From assembly GCA_000442015.1 (NCBI GenBank), contig KE561054.1, forward strand, positions 62,001 through 126,000: a stretch of DNA of 64,000 nt, in the 5' to 3' direction. The stretch comes from Rozella allomycis CSF55. Lineage: Eukaryota. The position numbers were made by a program, and so were the translations under genes. Below, in pieces: positions 51,779 to 64,000 of the stretch. Within the stretch, counting starts at the first letter, position 1, and each line of letters starts with the position of its first letter. The notes beneath the pieces were generated by a model. That model searched no databases, was not told the origin of the DNA, and was given only the letters and a program-made list of their open reading frames with translations.

Positions 51779-53341
51779 TTAATATTTTTGGGAATACAAT
51801 TTAACAGTCCCGTCACTTCCCGCGGATGCAAAGCAAGACAACGATGGATGAAATGAAACATTGTTAACGCACTCACCGTCATTTTTAATTTTCTGTAAAC
51901 ATTCTTTGTTATTGAAATCCCACAAATTTATTGCCTCTTTGTCTTTCATCATAATCTATGGCTTCTTTTACCTGATGTTGATATTAAAAGTCCAGATGAC
52001 GCAAATGATACAGAATAAATTGCCCCAGTTAGTGAATTTATTGTGTGGCTACATTTTCCTGTCCTCATGTCATATATATTTAAGCTTCCATCCTCGTTAC
52101 CCGAGGCAATCATATTGAGGTTTGGATGAAAAGCCAATGAATTTATTTTTGACGACGCATTGGATTCAATGGTTAAAATCGGCTTTTCATTTTCAATATC
52201 CCACAATTTGGCAGAGCCACTAACATAGCCCACAGCAATGTGATTTTGATCAATAAATGAAAAATCAATATCCGTTGGAATTTCATTGTCTGTTTTTAAA
52301 ATCAATTTGAGTGGGGACTCAGAATATAGATCCCACAGCCTAACAGTTTTGTCTGCTGACGAGGACGCCATGATATTTCTATGTGGACTAGAATTAACTT
52401 TCCAAACAATGTCGGAATGGCCTACAAATGTTTGCAAACAAAAATCAGCCTCTCTTATATATTTAATTGTACATTACCAGCAGTATCGTAACATTGTCTT
52501 TCATTAGGGACCAATTGCCATGCATAAATCATGCAATCTAATCCGGAAGAGAAGAATATGTCTTTATCGGTGCGATTGAAACAAATAGATGTTATTCCAC
52601 TTGTATGACGTCGGTATGTCATCTTGGGTTCAATAACTTGCTTTTCCATTATGAGCTCGTCAGTTTTCCAAGCTTTTATAGTACAATCTTCAGAGCAAGT
52701 AAGCAGAAAAGGTCGTTCGGAATGAAACTGGCAATCTGTCACACTGTCTAAATGACTGGTGAAAGAAGACTTTAATTGCCATTCCTCGTTATGAATCTAT
52801 TTCAATATAACAATTTCATTACCCCAGTGGACTCATCTGTGTCATTGCTATGCTTCAAAGATGCAAATAATTTGTCTTCATAGTCATCGTTTACTTTTTT
52901 AGGGGGATTTTTGTGGTCCTGTTTGGGCAAGGACTCATTTAATATCTCTTTAACGTGACAGTATTTCTCCAAAATCGTTGAAAGGGTTGTATGAATCTGA
53001 TTTACAACTAGATTAGATTTTTTTAGATCTTTTTCATGTGATTCTGTGGCATCTGCCTTTACAATCCATTGGTTTTCTTCAGAATTGTTGCTTTGAATAC
53101 CACGATCTTTCATGGCAACTTCAAGCATTTTAATTCTTCTCAATAAAGTCTTATTCATATTTTTGCTGTGATACAAGTCATTCTGGAGTTTGGATATCTT
53201 ATTCTATTTTTGGTCGAAAGATTTCGCTACTTGAAGGGTGGTCCTCTCTGCTTCCCAAGACAGCCTTTCAGATTCAAATTTCAAAATCTCACTTTGAAGA
53301 AAATGAAGAGCACTAGGAAAAGTAAAATGAGTGTTGGACAT
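51779..53341 (-). CDS. Striatin (Far8/Pro11), STRIPAK scaffold
   Basis: FTFPSALHFLQSE..KFESERLSWEAER, LLRRIKMLE, SHLDSV, EPKMTYRRH, GHSDIVW WD40 repeats. Confidence 0.92.
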
Positions 53342-53394
53342 TGAAATTTCGTTACAAGAAAAAACAATAAAACAAGGAAATCTTTATTATGGAA

Positions 53395-54171
53395 TTAGCA
53401 GCAGCCTCCGCCCTGTGTTTGGACTTTGGCTCCTTGCCCTGACAAATTGACTTTGTTGGAAGCGCCAGTAGCCACTGAAGAAGTAGCCATTCTATGTTAC
53501 ATTGGCTTTATCCTTTACCGATCCTTAATTTGTTTTGCCATAGTTAAAAATGCTTGCTCCACATTGGTAGCATTTTTTGCCGAAGTTTCAAGGAATGGAA
53601 TAGAGAGTTGGTCAGCGAATTCCTATTTTAATAATCTCAATATTCAACCTTTGCAACGTTAAAATCAACAACTTTTTTAGATGTCAAGTCAGACTTATTT
53701 CCTACTAATAATTTGTTAACTCCTTCAGAGGCATAACGATCAATTTCTTGAAGCCAATTCTTGACATTGTTAAATGTGTCCTGATCCGTGACGTCGTACA
53801 CAACGATTATTCCATGTGCGCCACGATAATAACTAGAAGTTATTGTACGAAACCTTTCTTGGCCTGCAGTGTCCCACTTTGTTTTCAAATTATGAATAAA
53901 GTACTATTTGTAGTTTCACAGTCTTTCCTTCGAGCTCTATCGTGCGGATTTTCTATATTATAAGAGAATAAATATTACAAAATCAACACCGATAGTACTT
54001 ATAAAACTTTCGGTGTAAGTGTCATCCTAACATAAAACTACGTATTCATTAAATACCGCAAATCGAAGAAGCAAACACGATTTACCAACACCAGAGTCTC
54101 CGATTAAAAGAAGTTTAAAAAGGTAATCGCTAGATATTTAATATTTCTTCTATTTACTATTCAGGATTCAT
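53395..54171 (-). CDS. YPT1: Rab1/Ypt1 GTPase (7 exons)
   Basis: [55 protein letters not shown]-terminal GGGCC. Confidence 0.98.
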
Positions 54172-54311
54172 TTAGAATAAAATAACCAGGGTAACAACTC
54201 TGCCTCATTGCATACATCACAGATTAAATTGAGTTTATTTTAATATTTTTTCACGGAATAAAATCGAAAGGGCATGCTTGATTCTAAATCTGGAATTTCT
54301 GAAACTAGTCA

Positions 54312-55091
54312 ATGGAAACCCCGACTTTGTTAAACCCTAGAATTCCATTCACTAGACAAGTATGGGTATCTCAGATTTGCTCAATTCCACAGGAGAGGGT
54401 GCAAAAGATTGTAAATATTGCTCTTCCTTTTATCCAAAGAATTTCCAAAGAAAACTCGCCCAGAGGAATCCTAACAGTTGCCATAAATTGCCAAAATATG
54501 GAAGAAATAGAGAGAGCAATGAAACGAGGAACAATGATAATTCATTTACGTAAGGAATGTAAGGCATTACAATTTCAAGCTCAATTCTTACAAAAGTATT
54601 TCAAATATGTGGAAGCCATTGGATTGACGTCATGCTCTTTTTCATTGATACTATTTTTCGCTATAAGGAAACATATTAATGTGAATCCAAACTGGTCAAT
54701 TGTTTCATCAATTTCTGATATTTTGAAAAAGATATTATACCGAACTCCCTCGAAACAAAAAGACGGATTTTATTTATTAACGTTTCTAATATTTGTATTC
54801 GGTGTATTTACGTCTACAAGCGCCTCTTTGATTCATTACGGTGTGTCAAGGGCAACAAAGTGGGATCAAATAGTTGATTACAAGTATGTCAAGGTTGAGA
54901 GTTGCGGTCATTCATTTTTGATAAAGCAAGATATGCTGAAAGACAATCAAGTGAAGTTAATCCCATTTTCATCGTTTAAACCAAGTTTTGTACATTTACC
55001 GCTTTACTCGTTTAGTGGCGTTATGCTTTACGCGTTGGCGGCAACTTTTGCACTATCAAAACGACAAATTTCAGACATTACAATCGAATAA
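54312..55091 (+). CDS. Hypothetical intronless membrane protein (about 3 TM)
   Basis: 259-aa ORF fills the gap between YPT1 and SIN1; hydrophobic segments; stop codon within AATAAA. No family recognised. Confidence 0.6.
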   Translation: METPTLLNPRIPFTRQVWVSQICSIPQERVQKIVNIALPFIQRISKENSPRGILTVAINCQNMEEIERAMKRGTMIIHLRKECKALQFQAQFLQKYFKYVEAIGLTSCSFSLILFFAIRKHINVNPNWSIVSSISDILKKILYRTPSKQKDGFYLLTFLIFVFGVFTSTSASLIHYGVSRATKWDQIVDYKYVKVESCGHSFLIKQDMLKDNQVKLIPFSSFKPSFVHLPLYSFSGVMLYALAATFALSKRQISDITIE

Positions 55092-55118
55092 ATATAATCA
55101 TGATTTATTTTTATTTAA

Positions 55119-56703
55119 TTATGACTTATTTGTTTGTATCAAAAATGCAAGGCGACTGCAAATTTCATCTATTATAAAATTGACAAAGAGATTACTGCAA
55201 TCATTTTCCGAAGAAGCTTCAAAATCCAAAGGCAATATTTGGCCTTCATTATNGGTTTATTAAGTAGCATACACGATTGAATTTGACCTACGTGATAAGA
55301 AACCTATTTCATATTTGTTCATAATAGTACCGTTCGATTAGTTTCAAAAAAGTATTTGGATTCCGAATTTATTAAATGCAAATAATCTCCATCGATAGCT
55401 AAAATTTTCTCATGCTTGGTGCCAAAGGTCATTGGGACACGTTTAAAGACAACAAATTGCTAATAATGAATTTATGTATGTCAATACTTTATAATTTGAT
55501 GCATATTCGCCAGTACGTAAGGTTTGGTTCGACTTTAACGATAAATCAATGATTTCGTCTGGGGGCCTTAAAAATATATCCCCGGCTACTCTGAATTTTC
55601 GTAAATTTTTACCGCTTATTCCACGGTCTTTTCTCAATAAATACAATTCCGTTACATTCAACTGTCCAGCAGTTTTATGCAATGGTACATCTGTTTTTGT
55701 GTCACTCATTTTCAAAGTGTAATCATCAGGGCTAACTTTACGTTTTTTGCATACAACATTCAACACTTGTTGAAACGTCATTTCATCGGTGACAGTTATC
55801 GTTGTGGTTTGGCGAACTTCTAATGTACTGTAAACATGAACTTTAATGTATTGCTTCCTCTTTTCTTGCCCCTGTTCTATGTCTATATTGTTTTGTAAAG
55901 AGCTTTACCATTCATTCTATCAACGCATAGAGCAAATGCATCAAATGAAAATTTTTGAATATTTCGATTTTTATCCAAGGCTCGTTAATTCGTTTTAATG
56001 ACCTTACCTGGAAAATCTTCGTCAGCCGTCCCATCATCTTCAGTTATACGCAACGAATAAGAACCAACACTTTTCGAGGGCAATGATACTTTTCCTTCTT
56101 CAACACACCGATAAAGTATGTAGCCAATAACATTTTCAACTGTGGCACTCTTGTTGACACATATAGATATTGAACGATATCGAGACTCTTCTGGATTGGC
56201 AAAAGCGAGCCAAATCTTTAAAGTTATGCCTTCATTTTTACTAACACCCTTTCATCGTCGATTTATTAGTTTACAAATATTCGGTATTGTTTCTCAAAAG
56301 GGTTGATATGTTGTCCTTTTTGTTGAAACAGCTTTGAAAGATTTGAATGAGTAGCCAATGTAATGCACTCACTCTTCTGTAGTGACAAATGCAAGTTTAA
56401 ATCTGTATCATTAGAAACACTCTTAGCTGATTCTTCATCTTCCTCTTGAGCCGCATTAATAAAATCTTCTTCAATGGGTGTTTTATTCTCGATTATTTCT
56501 TGCCTGTTCAATATCTTAAATTCTTCTGTGTAATTTATCACTGGTGACAAGCGTTCTTCAGTATAAAAATGTTTATCATAATATAAAGTGTTTTTTTCTA
56601 CTGATCTTGAGAAATTAAGGCCATTTGATTTTATATTTTCTAATTTCACGCCACAATGTCTTATTTTCCCAATCAAGTAGTCAAAATCATTCAAAAGAGA
56701 CAT
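55119..56703 (-). CDS. AVO1: TORC2 subunit Sin1/Avo1 (CRIM, RBD, PH); N at 55253 in the PH exon
   Basis: SNLSKLF...NPF, TVENVIGYILY, YSLRITEDDG..DEDFPALD, FDAFALC, QVLNVVCKKRK, HEKILAIDGDYLHL, DFEA. Confidence 0.9.
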
Positions 56704-56819
56704 TCAGAAAATTCAAAAAACTAAAGGCATATTTTAAAGTAAATAAATCTAAATATATGGCATAACTTTAAGAAATTCGTTGATAAACCCTTGACTGTTT
56801 TTTCTTTGTAAACAAGCTG

Positions 56820-58325
<1,506 letters not shown>

Positions 58326-58333
58326 AGAATTAG

Positions 58334-59195
58334 TTAAATATTTATTTTAAAATCATTTAGTCTTTCATCATCCCAACTCAGAAATTGGCCTGAAAGTTCA
58401 CGGGGAGCCTCAATTGCTAATTTGGCTAGAACATGACTTGATATATCTACACTTATCCTATTGTCTTTAATATATTCATAATCAGACTGACTCATGCAGT
58501 CTTTACCTAATCCAATGAATTTGATTCCATTACCATTTTCCAATGCGAAATCAGTCATGCTTGTTTTAACCACCCCCGGTCTAACTGCGACGCTTACTAT
58601 GTCTTTTTCTTCAATTGAAAGCTGTTTATTAAGCATATTCATAGAAGCTTTCGTGCTGAATGATTAATTGATGATTGCATTACCAACAATATCCCAACCA
58701 TCCCATATACGCATTTTCGGCTGCTCCAGAACTTACATGAACAATTCTACCCTTAGATTGCCGAAGTAAAGGTAAAAACTTTTGTAGTAATGATATCAAG
58801 GAAAAGAAATTGACATCGAATTGCCTAGTTGAAAATATTTTTAATGGCACTATACCTTTGTAATAAATTCATGTCTAACAATTGTATTCTTTCAATTGGT
58901 TCAATAACCCTTTCGTAAAGCTCATGACTACGTGTTACCCAGCATTTAAAACAATTCCGTCGAGCTTTCCGTATTCCTGCTGAACTAAATTTAAGATGCT
59001 CTCCAAAGTAGCTGGATCGGTCACGTCGCCAACAACGTAAGAAAAATCGCCCTTATATTTTTCATTTGCAAAGTCCTGCATTGGTGATTCCGACCTTGAT
59101 ACACCAACCACATGAACTCCAAATGTTCTTAAATGTTTGCATATAGCGAATCCAATTCCTCTCGAGGCCCCAGTAACAAGAATCACTTTTGTCAT
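58334..59195 (-). CDS. Short-chain dehydrogenase/reductase (Irc24/Nre1/sepiapterin-reductase-like)
   Basis: TGASRGIG, LNAGVIEP, VSSGAA, YCCTK catalytic motif, RPGVVKT, SGQFLSWDD. Confidence 0.9.
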
Positions 59196-59321
59196 TAATA
59201 ATTTTCAAACTTTTTCCAAAAAAATATTATATAGTTTCCGCCGTTGACTTTTATTCCCAAGCCTATAAAATTCGTTTGTTTACAACTAAAACGAAAACAA
59301 GCCCTACGCGATTTAACTTTA

Positions 59322-61138
59322 ATGTTTAATTTTAAGCATTTTCAAAGAGCTGGATTCTTTTCACAAAAGTCAAAGCTTTATAGCTCTTTCAAAAGCAAAA
59401 CGTTCAATTTTAATAGCTACATTTTCATTTTCATTGGAGCCACCACGACTGCACTGGCTTATAAATACTATGTTTCGAATTCAATCGTGGCGGCAGAGAG
59501 CGGGGAGAAAAAACCAAAGTTGGTTGTACTTGGTACAGGATGGGGCTCGGTTGCAGTAAGGCGTGCGTTTAGGTCAATTCTAGCTTCTTAAAAAATTGGA
59601 TCCCCATCAATATGATGTTACTGTTGTATCTCCCCAGAATTATTTTTTATTTACGCCATTGCTCCCATCTGCAATTGTGGGGACAGTCGAAAGCCGGAGC
59701 TTGGTTGAGCCCATACGGAAAATCTTAAGGCCTCTTGACGGCGATTACTTGGAGGGTGTGGCGGAAAGTGTAAATCTATCTATTAGACATGATGCAGGTC
59801 AACTTGGAAAACAAAACTGTGACAGTATCGGGTTCTAACAAGACAAAGTTTGAAGTGCCTTATGACAAATTAGTTATTGCTGTTGGTGCAAATGTTAACA
59901 CCTTTGGCATACCTGGTGTAAAACGTATGTTATTTATGTATGGCAAAGTAGAACACTGCTTCTTTATGAAAAACGTTTCTGATGCCATTGGTATTAGAAA
60001 TAAACTGATTGATTTGTTTGAAAAGGCCAATCTGCCAACTACAAGTCAAAAAGAAAAGAATAGGCTGTTGTCATTTGTTGTTGTTGGCGCGGGACCTACA
60101 GGGGTGGAAACTGCGGCAGAAATATCAGACTTTATCAACGAAGATGTTCCAAAATATTATAAAAACATAAAAGCAGAAGATATCAATATAACTGTTCTTG
60201 AGGGTCTTGATCGGATCTTAAATACCTACGATAACAAGATTGCCGAGTACACTGAAAATCTTTTTAAAAGACAAAACATTAAAATAATTAAAAAAGCTAT
60301 GGTATCTGAAGTTAATGATGGTGATATTGTCTACAAAGACACGGCAAACGATAAGATGGTTAAGATACCTTATGGTTTATGTGGTAATAATGTTTAGCTA
60401 TAAATATGAGTTTGGAGCGGCGGAATTGGGGTCAACCCATTTGTCAGAAGATTTATGGACAATATTCCAGAACAAGAGAATAGTCGAGCTCTTTTGATTG
60501 ATAGTAGACTTCGCGTGAAAGGAACATCTGATATTTACGCTTTAGGTGATTGCTCCTCAATTGATCTTCCCCGCATCAAGAAAGCCGCCTTGGACCTTTT
60601 CAAACAAGCAGACAAAGATGGAAGCAACTCAATTTCTTTTGAAGAATTAAGTGAATTGGTTGATGTGGTCGACAAACATCATCCTCAAGTCGGCCTTCAT
60701 TTTCGATACATCAAGGAAATCTTTCAAACGTACGACAAGGATAAAGATGGAATGCTTTCTATGCCTGAATTCACTTCGATGCTGGAAGAGGTTGATAAAA
60801 AGCTTAAGACAATTCCCGCGACAGCCCAAGTTGCAACACAGCAAGGCGTGTACTTGGCAAGAAAACTGAATGAGCTTTCAGAGACAAAGTTTACCCAAGC
60901 TGAAGTGGAAATGACACCGTTTAGATATCATCATTTAGGTTCATTGGTCTATATCGGCGAAGATCAAGCATCCATTGACTTTGGAGGGGATTTATCAATG
61001 AGTGGCTATTCAACTTACTGGTTGTGGCGATCAATATATTTGAGCGAATTGGTGTCGATGAGAACAAGAATGCTTGTAGGATTTGATTGGTTCAAAAAAT
61101 TTGTATTTGGAAGAGATATAAGCCATGTAACTCAATAA
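59322..61138 (+). CDS. Type II NADH dehydrogenase with EF-hands (external NDE/NDB-type)
   Basis: VVLGTGWG, FLFTPLLPS, VVGAGPTGVE, YALGDC, EF-hands DKDGSNSISFEE and DKDKDGMLSMPE, PATAQVATQQG.YLA, FGRDIS. Confidence 0.95.
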
Positions 61139-61193
61139 AGTTGTGTATTACATTTATGTTTTCTTCTTTTGTAAATAAATACCCCGGCTAAAC

Positions 61194-61728
61194 ATGAACT
61201 CTATTCGCAATTCGTTATTACAAGCACCTTTGAAACCATCTTTGATCCATTTTAGAAATTATAGTCTTGTTAAAGATATTAAGACAGTTCCATTCAACAA
61301 GAAATACCTCCAAATGACTGAGCAGGAAAGACATGATTTAATGCAAGAATGGAAGGAAAAAATGAGAACAGACGATTGGAGAAATTTTACGATTGAAGAA
61401 AAACAAGAAGGTAATTTATATAATTCATGTCCACAGTTTACCTCTTAGCATTTCCATTGCCACCACCTGCAAGAACAGTCAACAAATTTACATTGTTGCT
61501 TGGCTGCGTTGGCGGAATAGCATTTTCTTACATATTAATGAATACAATTCAGTCTTTTGGTAAGCAGTTTGTGCCGATGAAACCTTAGGCAATGGAAGGC
61601 ACCGATTAGACACGCCAGAATATCGTAAACTCAGACACGAATGGCGTGACAAAAATGGTATTAATCCGATCTTTGGACAAGAAGATCATTTTATCCCCCC
61701 AAGATTTGACCCAAATTTGGATGAATAA
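61194..61728 (+). CDS. COX5: Cytochrome c oxidase subunit IV (yeast Cox5-like)
   Basis: Targeting-like N-terminus; MTEQERHDL...DWRNFTIEEKQEVYLLAF, one TM, TPEY...KNGINPIFG. Confidence 0.72.
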
Positions 61729-61804
61729 ACCTTGAATCAATGTTTTAATTTGCTTCAATTTTAGAGTATAGAAAATGGAACAGTTTATTCAATTAAAAAA
61801 CGTA

Positions 61805-62842
61805 TCAACCAGATTTATTTAGAATGACAATTTTACCACGAGTTCTCCCAGATTTACTTTCTTTATAAGCCTCTTCTACCTCTTCAAGTGAACATTGCTT
61901 GCCTACATATGGAATAATGCCATTTCGCTCCACGAAATCAGCCATTTCTTGAAAATATGAATCGTTTAGGTATCCTAACAAAATTTTATAGCGAATAGAA
62001 CCGAATAACTTTTTCCCTAGGATTCCAAATCCCAATTTTACAAAACTTGAAAGTGAAGGGGATTCGTCAGGAGGGCCGGTAATGGTGATGAATAGGCCAT
62101 TTTTTCTTAACATACCTTTAGACGCTAAATTGTAATATTCACCTCCACCTACACAGTCTACACAGAGGTGGAAAAAGTCCTTTTTAGTTTCCAGTTGTTT
62201 TATCAAGTCACCTTTTGTATAATCAACAACAACGTCAATGCCTATATAGTTTTTCATAAATTCTGCATTTCTGGTACTACAAATTCCCCAAATTTGGCCC
62301 ACGCCCATCTTTTTCAGGATTTGACATGTAAAGATGCCTACTCCTCCAGAACAACCGATCACGATCACATTCTTTGAAGAATTATTTTTAACTTCAAAGG
62401 GATCAAGCCTACCATTGACAACTAGACAGTACCAGGCTGTCGTTCCACAAACACCAATTGTCGCAGCTTGGCTCCATTCAAATTCCTTTGGTTTTTTTCT
62501 TACAGAATCTTTATCGACGTTTAATTTAACAAACTCTGCTTGTGTGCCATCACTTTCCGGTGAATGAAGTTTTCCATACACTTCATCTCCAACTTCAAAT
62601 TCAGTGACACCTTCTCCCTTGGCTACAATAACACCAGCATAATCTAAGCCAAGAGTATGAGGGAGAGATATTTTCAAGTATGTTTTCATGTAACCTCCTG
62701 CCACCTTCCAATCTACTGGGTTAATTGATGAAGCAATAACCCTCACTATTATCTCTTTGCCATGTGTTATCTTAGGTTCTTCTCTATCCAAAACTTTGAT
62801 ATTGCCATCCATTGCATAATGGCTTGCCACGACTGCCTTCAT
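61805..62842 (-). CDS. MDR-family NAD(P)H quinone oxidoreductase (RTN4IP1/Yim1-like), intronless
   Basis: ASSINPVDWK, LGLDYAGV, GDEVYG, IGCSGGVG, SKSGRTRGKIV. Confidence 0.9.
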   Translation of the reverse strand: MKAVVASHYAMDGNIKVLDREEPKITHGKEIIVRVIASSINPVDWKVAGGYMKTYLKISLPHTLGLDYAGVIVAKGEGVTEFEVGDEVYGKLHSPESDGTQAEFVKLNVDKDSVRKKPKEFEWSQAATIGVCGTTAWYCLVVNGRLDPFEVKNNSSKNVIVIGCSGGVGIFTCQILKKMGVGQIWGICSTRNAEFMKNYIGIDVVVDYTKGDLIKQLETKKDFFHLCVDCVGGGEYYNLASKGMLRKNGLFITITGPPDESPSLSSFVKLGFGILGKKLFGSIRYKILLGYLNDSYFQEMADFVERNGIIPYVGKQCSLEEVEEAYKESKSGRTRGKIVILNKSG

Positions 62843-63054
62843 TGCTTTTATTGTGCAAAATTAACTTAATTAAGAAATCTTGAATATCAATAATACAATA
62901 TCGAAACTTTGCTATTCAAATTTTTAGTTTTGGTATTAAGTATAGTTACTTGAAGGATAATAGATAATATTTGATAATATTTGGCGGCTCCTATAATGTT
63001 AATATTCGCAATGTAAACTATTCTCATTAAAAATGTTTTAACCAATTTTATTCT

Positions 63055-63971
63055 TTAAACTGTGTTTATCTGAGAATTTGTTTCAAAAATATAACCGTTG
63101 CCTTTGTAGCTCGCCACAGGTAAAAGCCACAGTAGGGGACGATTACCGAAAACCTTTCAAAGGTATAATAAGAGTTTTACTTGAAGAAAATTTTCTCTAT
63201 TTCCTAGATCAAAAACGTTTGCACCGGATGATGTAAATCCAAATCTACTCTTCTCCATACTCTCTATCGTCGTTTTGTTTTTAAGTATTAGTTGCAAATG
63301 GTAAATAAGCAGAATAAATACCGTAAGACCGAAAAGTCCGCTCCCTAAAATACAGAACATCCATTGGAGATTATCGGTATCCCAGTTTTTAGATAGGTCC
63401 CTTGAAACATCTGCTATAGCAGGTGCGAGGACAATTAAAATGCTCAAACAGTACAATGACAAATACCAGAGAAACAAAATAAAAAATTTGTAATTCTTGA
63501 ATCCAACACAATTATTTACCCATGGGCAGTGGTGGTCCATTTTCAAAACACACTTTTTACAAACAGAGCAATGGTGGCACCTGTCTGGTTTAGGAGCATC
63601 GCACTTTCTGCAATATCTTTCTTTTCCATTTTCTTTTCTAGTAATACTTGGTGGGTTTCCAGTCGGAGCAAAATCCATACTTGATGATGATGGACACCCG
63701 GGATTCACGAAACAAGTTTTTAAATAGGAAACAATTAAAAGAACAAATAAAATATGGTAAAATATGACGAAAATGTAAGCATTTGTCTTTTGGACTGCTT
63801 CTGGAAGCCAGTGTTTCGCTGTTGTTAAATATTATGTTAAATCATACCACAGTAGGAAAAAATAATAACATAGTAGCTCCAAAGTATTAGAGAAATCGCT
63901 ATTAAAAAAGGAATCGCATTTGCAATGATTGAAAAGACTTTTGCGCCTCGTTCAAAACTGTGGCTGGCCAT
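63055..63971 (-). CDS. PFA3: DHHC palmitoyltransferase (Pfa3/ZDHHC2/15/20-like)
   Basis: RYCRKCDAPKPDRCHHCSVCKKCVLKMDHHCPWVNNCVGFKNYKFF, NKTTIES, FDLG...NFLQVFG. Confidence 0.93.
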
Positions 63972-64000
63972 GACAGTCGGGGTGGAGAACAAAAAATAGA

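Noticed and set aside
55253-55253. Apparent break in the Sin1 PH domain
   Set aside because: It coincides with an N, so it is most likely an assembly gap.

Overview
AT-rich, extremely compact eukaryotic DNA. It holds about 44 protein-coding genes with intergenic gaps mostly under 150 bp, split by roughly 180-190 tiny spliceosomal introns (hand tally, almost all 25-32 nt). The gene content is fungal-type housekeeping (Bst1, Ymc1, Mtm1, Pfa3, Cox5-like, Bni4-like) plus the cilium-associated kinase AK7 and animal-like LASP, SMPD4 and BRD8. This points to an early-diverging flagellated fungus or relative such as a Rozella-like cryptomycete (inference). No rRNA, tRNA or CRISPR features were recognised. 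The main unusual signal is splicing. (1) Several introns needed to restore conserved proteins end in TG (all ...ATG) or possibly CG rather than AG. (2) AAG and GAG acceptors at about 26-29 nt are used while closer canonical YAGs are skipped, suggesting length-based (ruler) 3' splice-site choice. (3) One 61-nt intron consists of two back-to-back mini-introns around a zero-length exon. Other notable items: a degenerate LINE reverse-transcriptase fragment inside the LIS1 LisH exon; a PanK-DUF89 fusion with intact kinase but degenerate phosphatase; a MAPK with an SGY activation loop; a full Dicer; a GPCR-like 7TM orphan; and a head-to-head SIN1/S6K pair. All gene models are hand-spliced from sequence alone, and some start codons are approximate.
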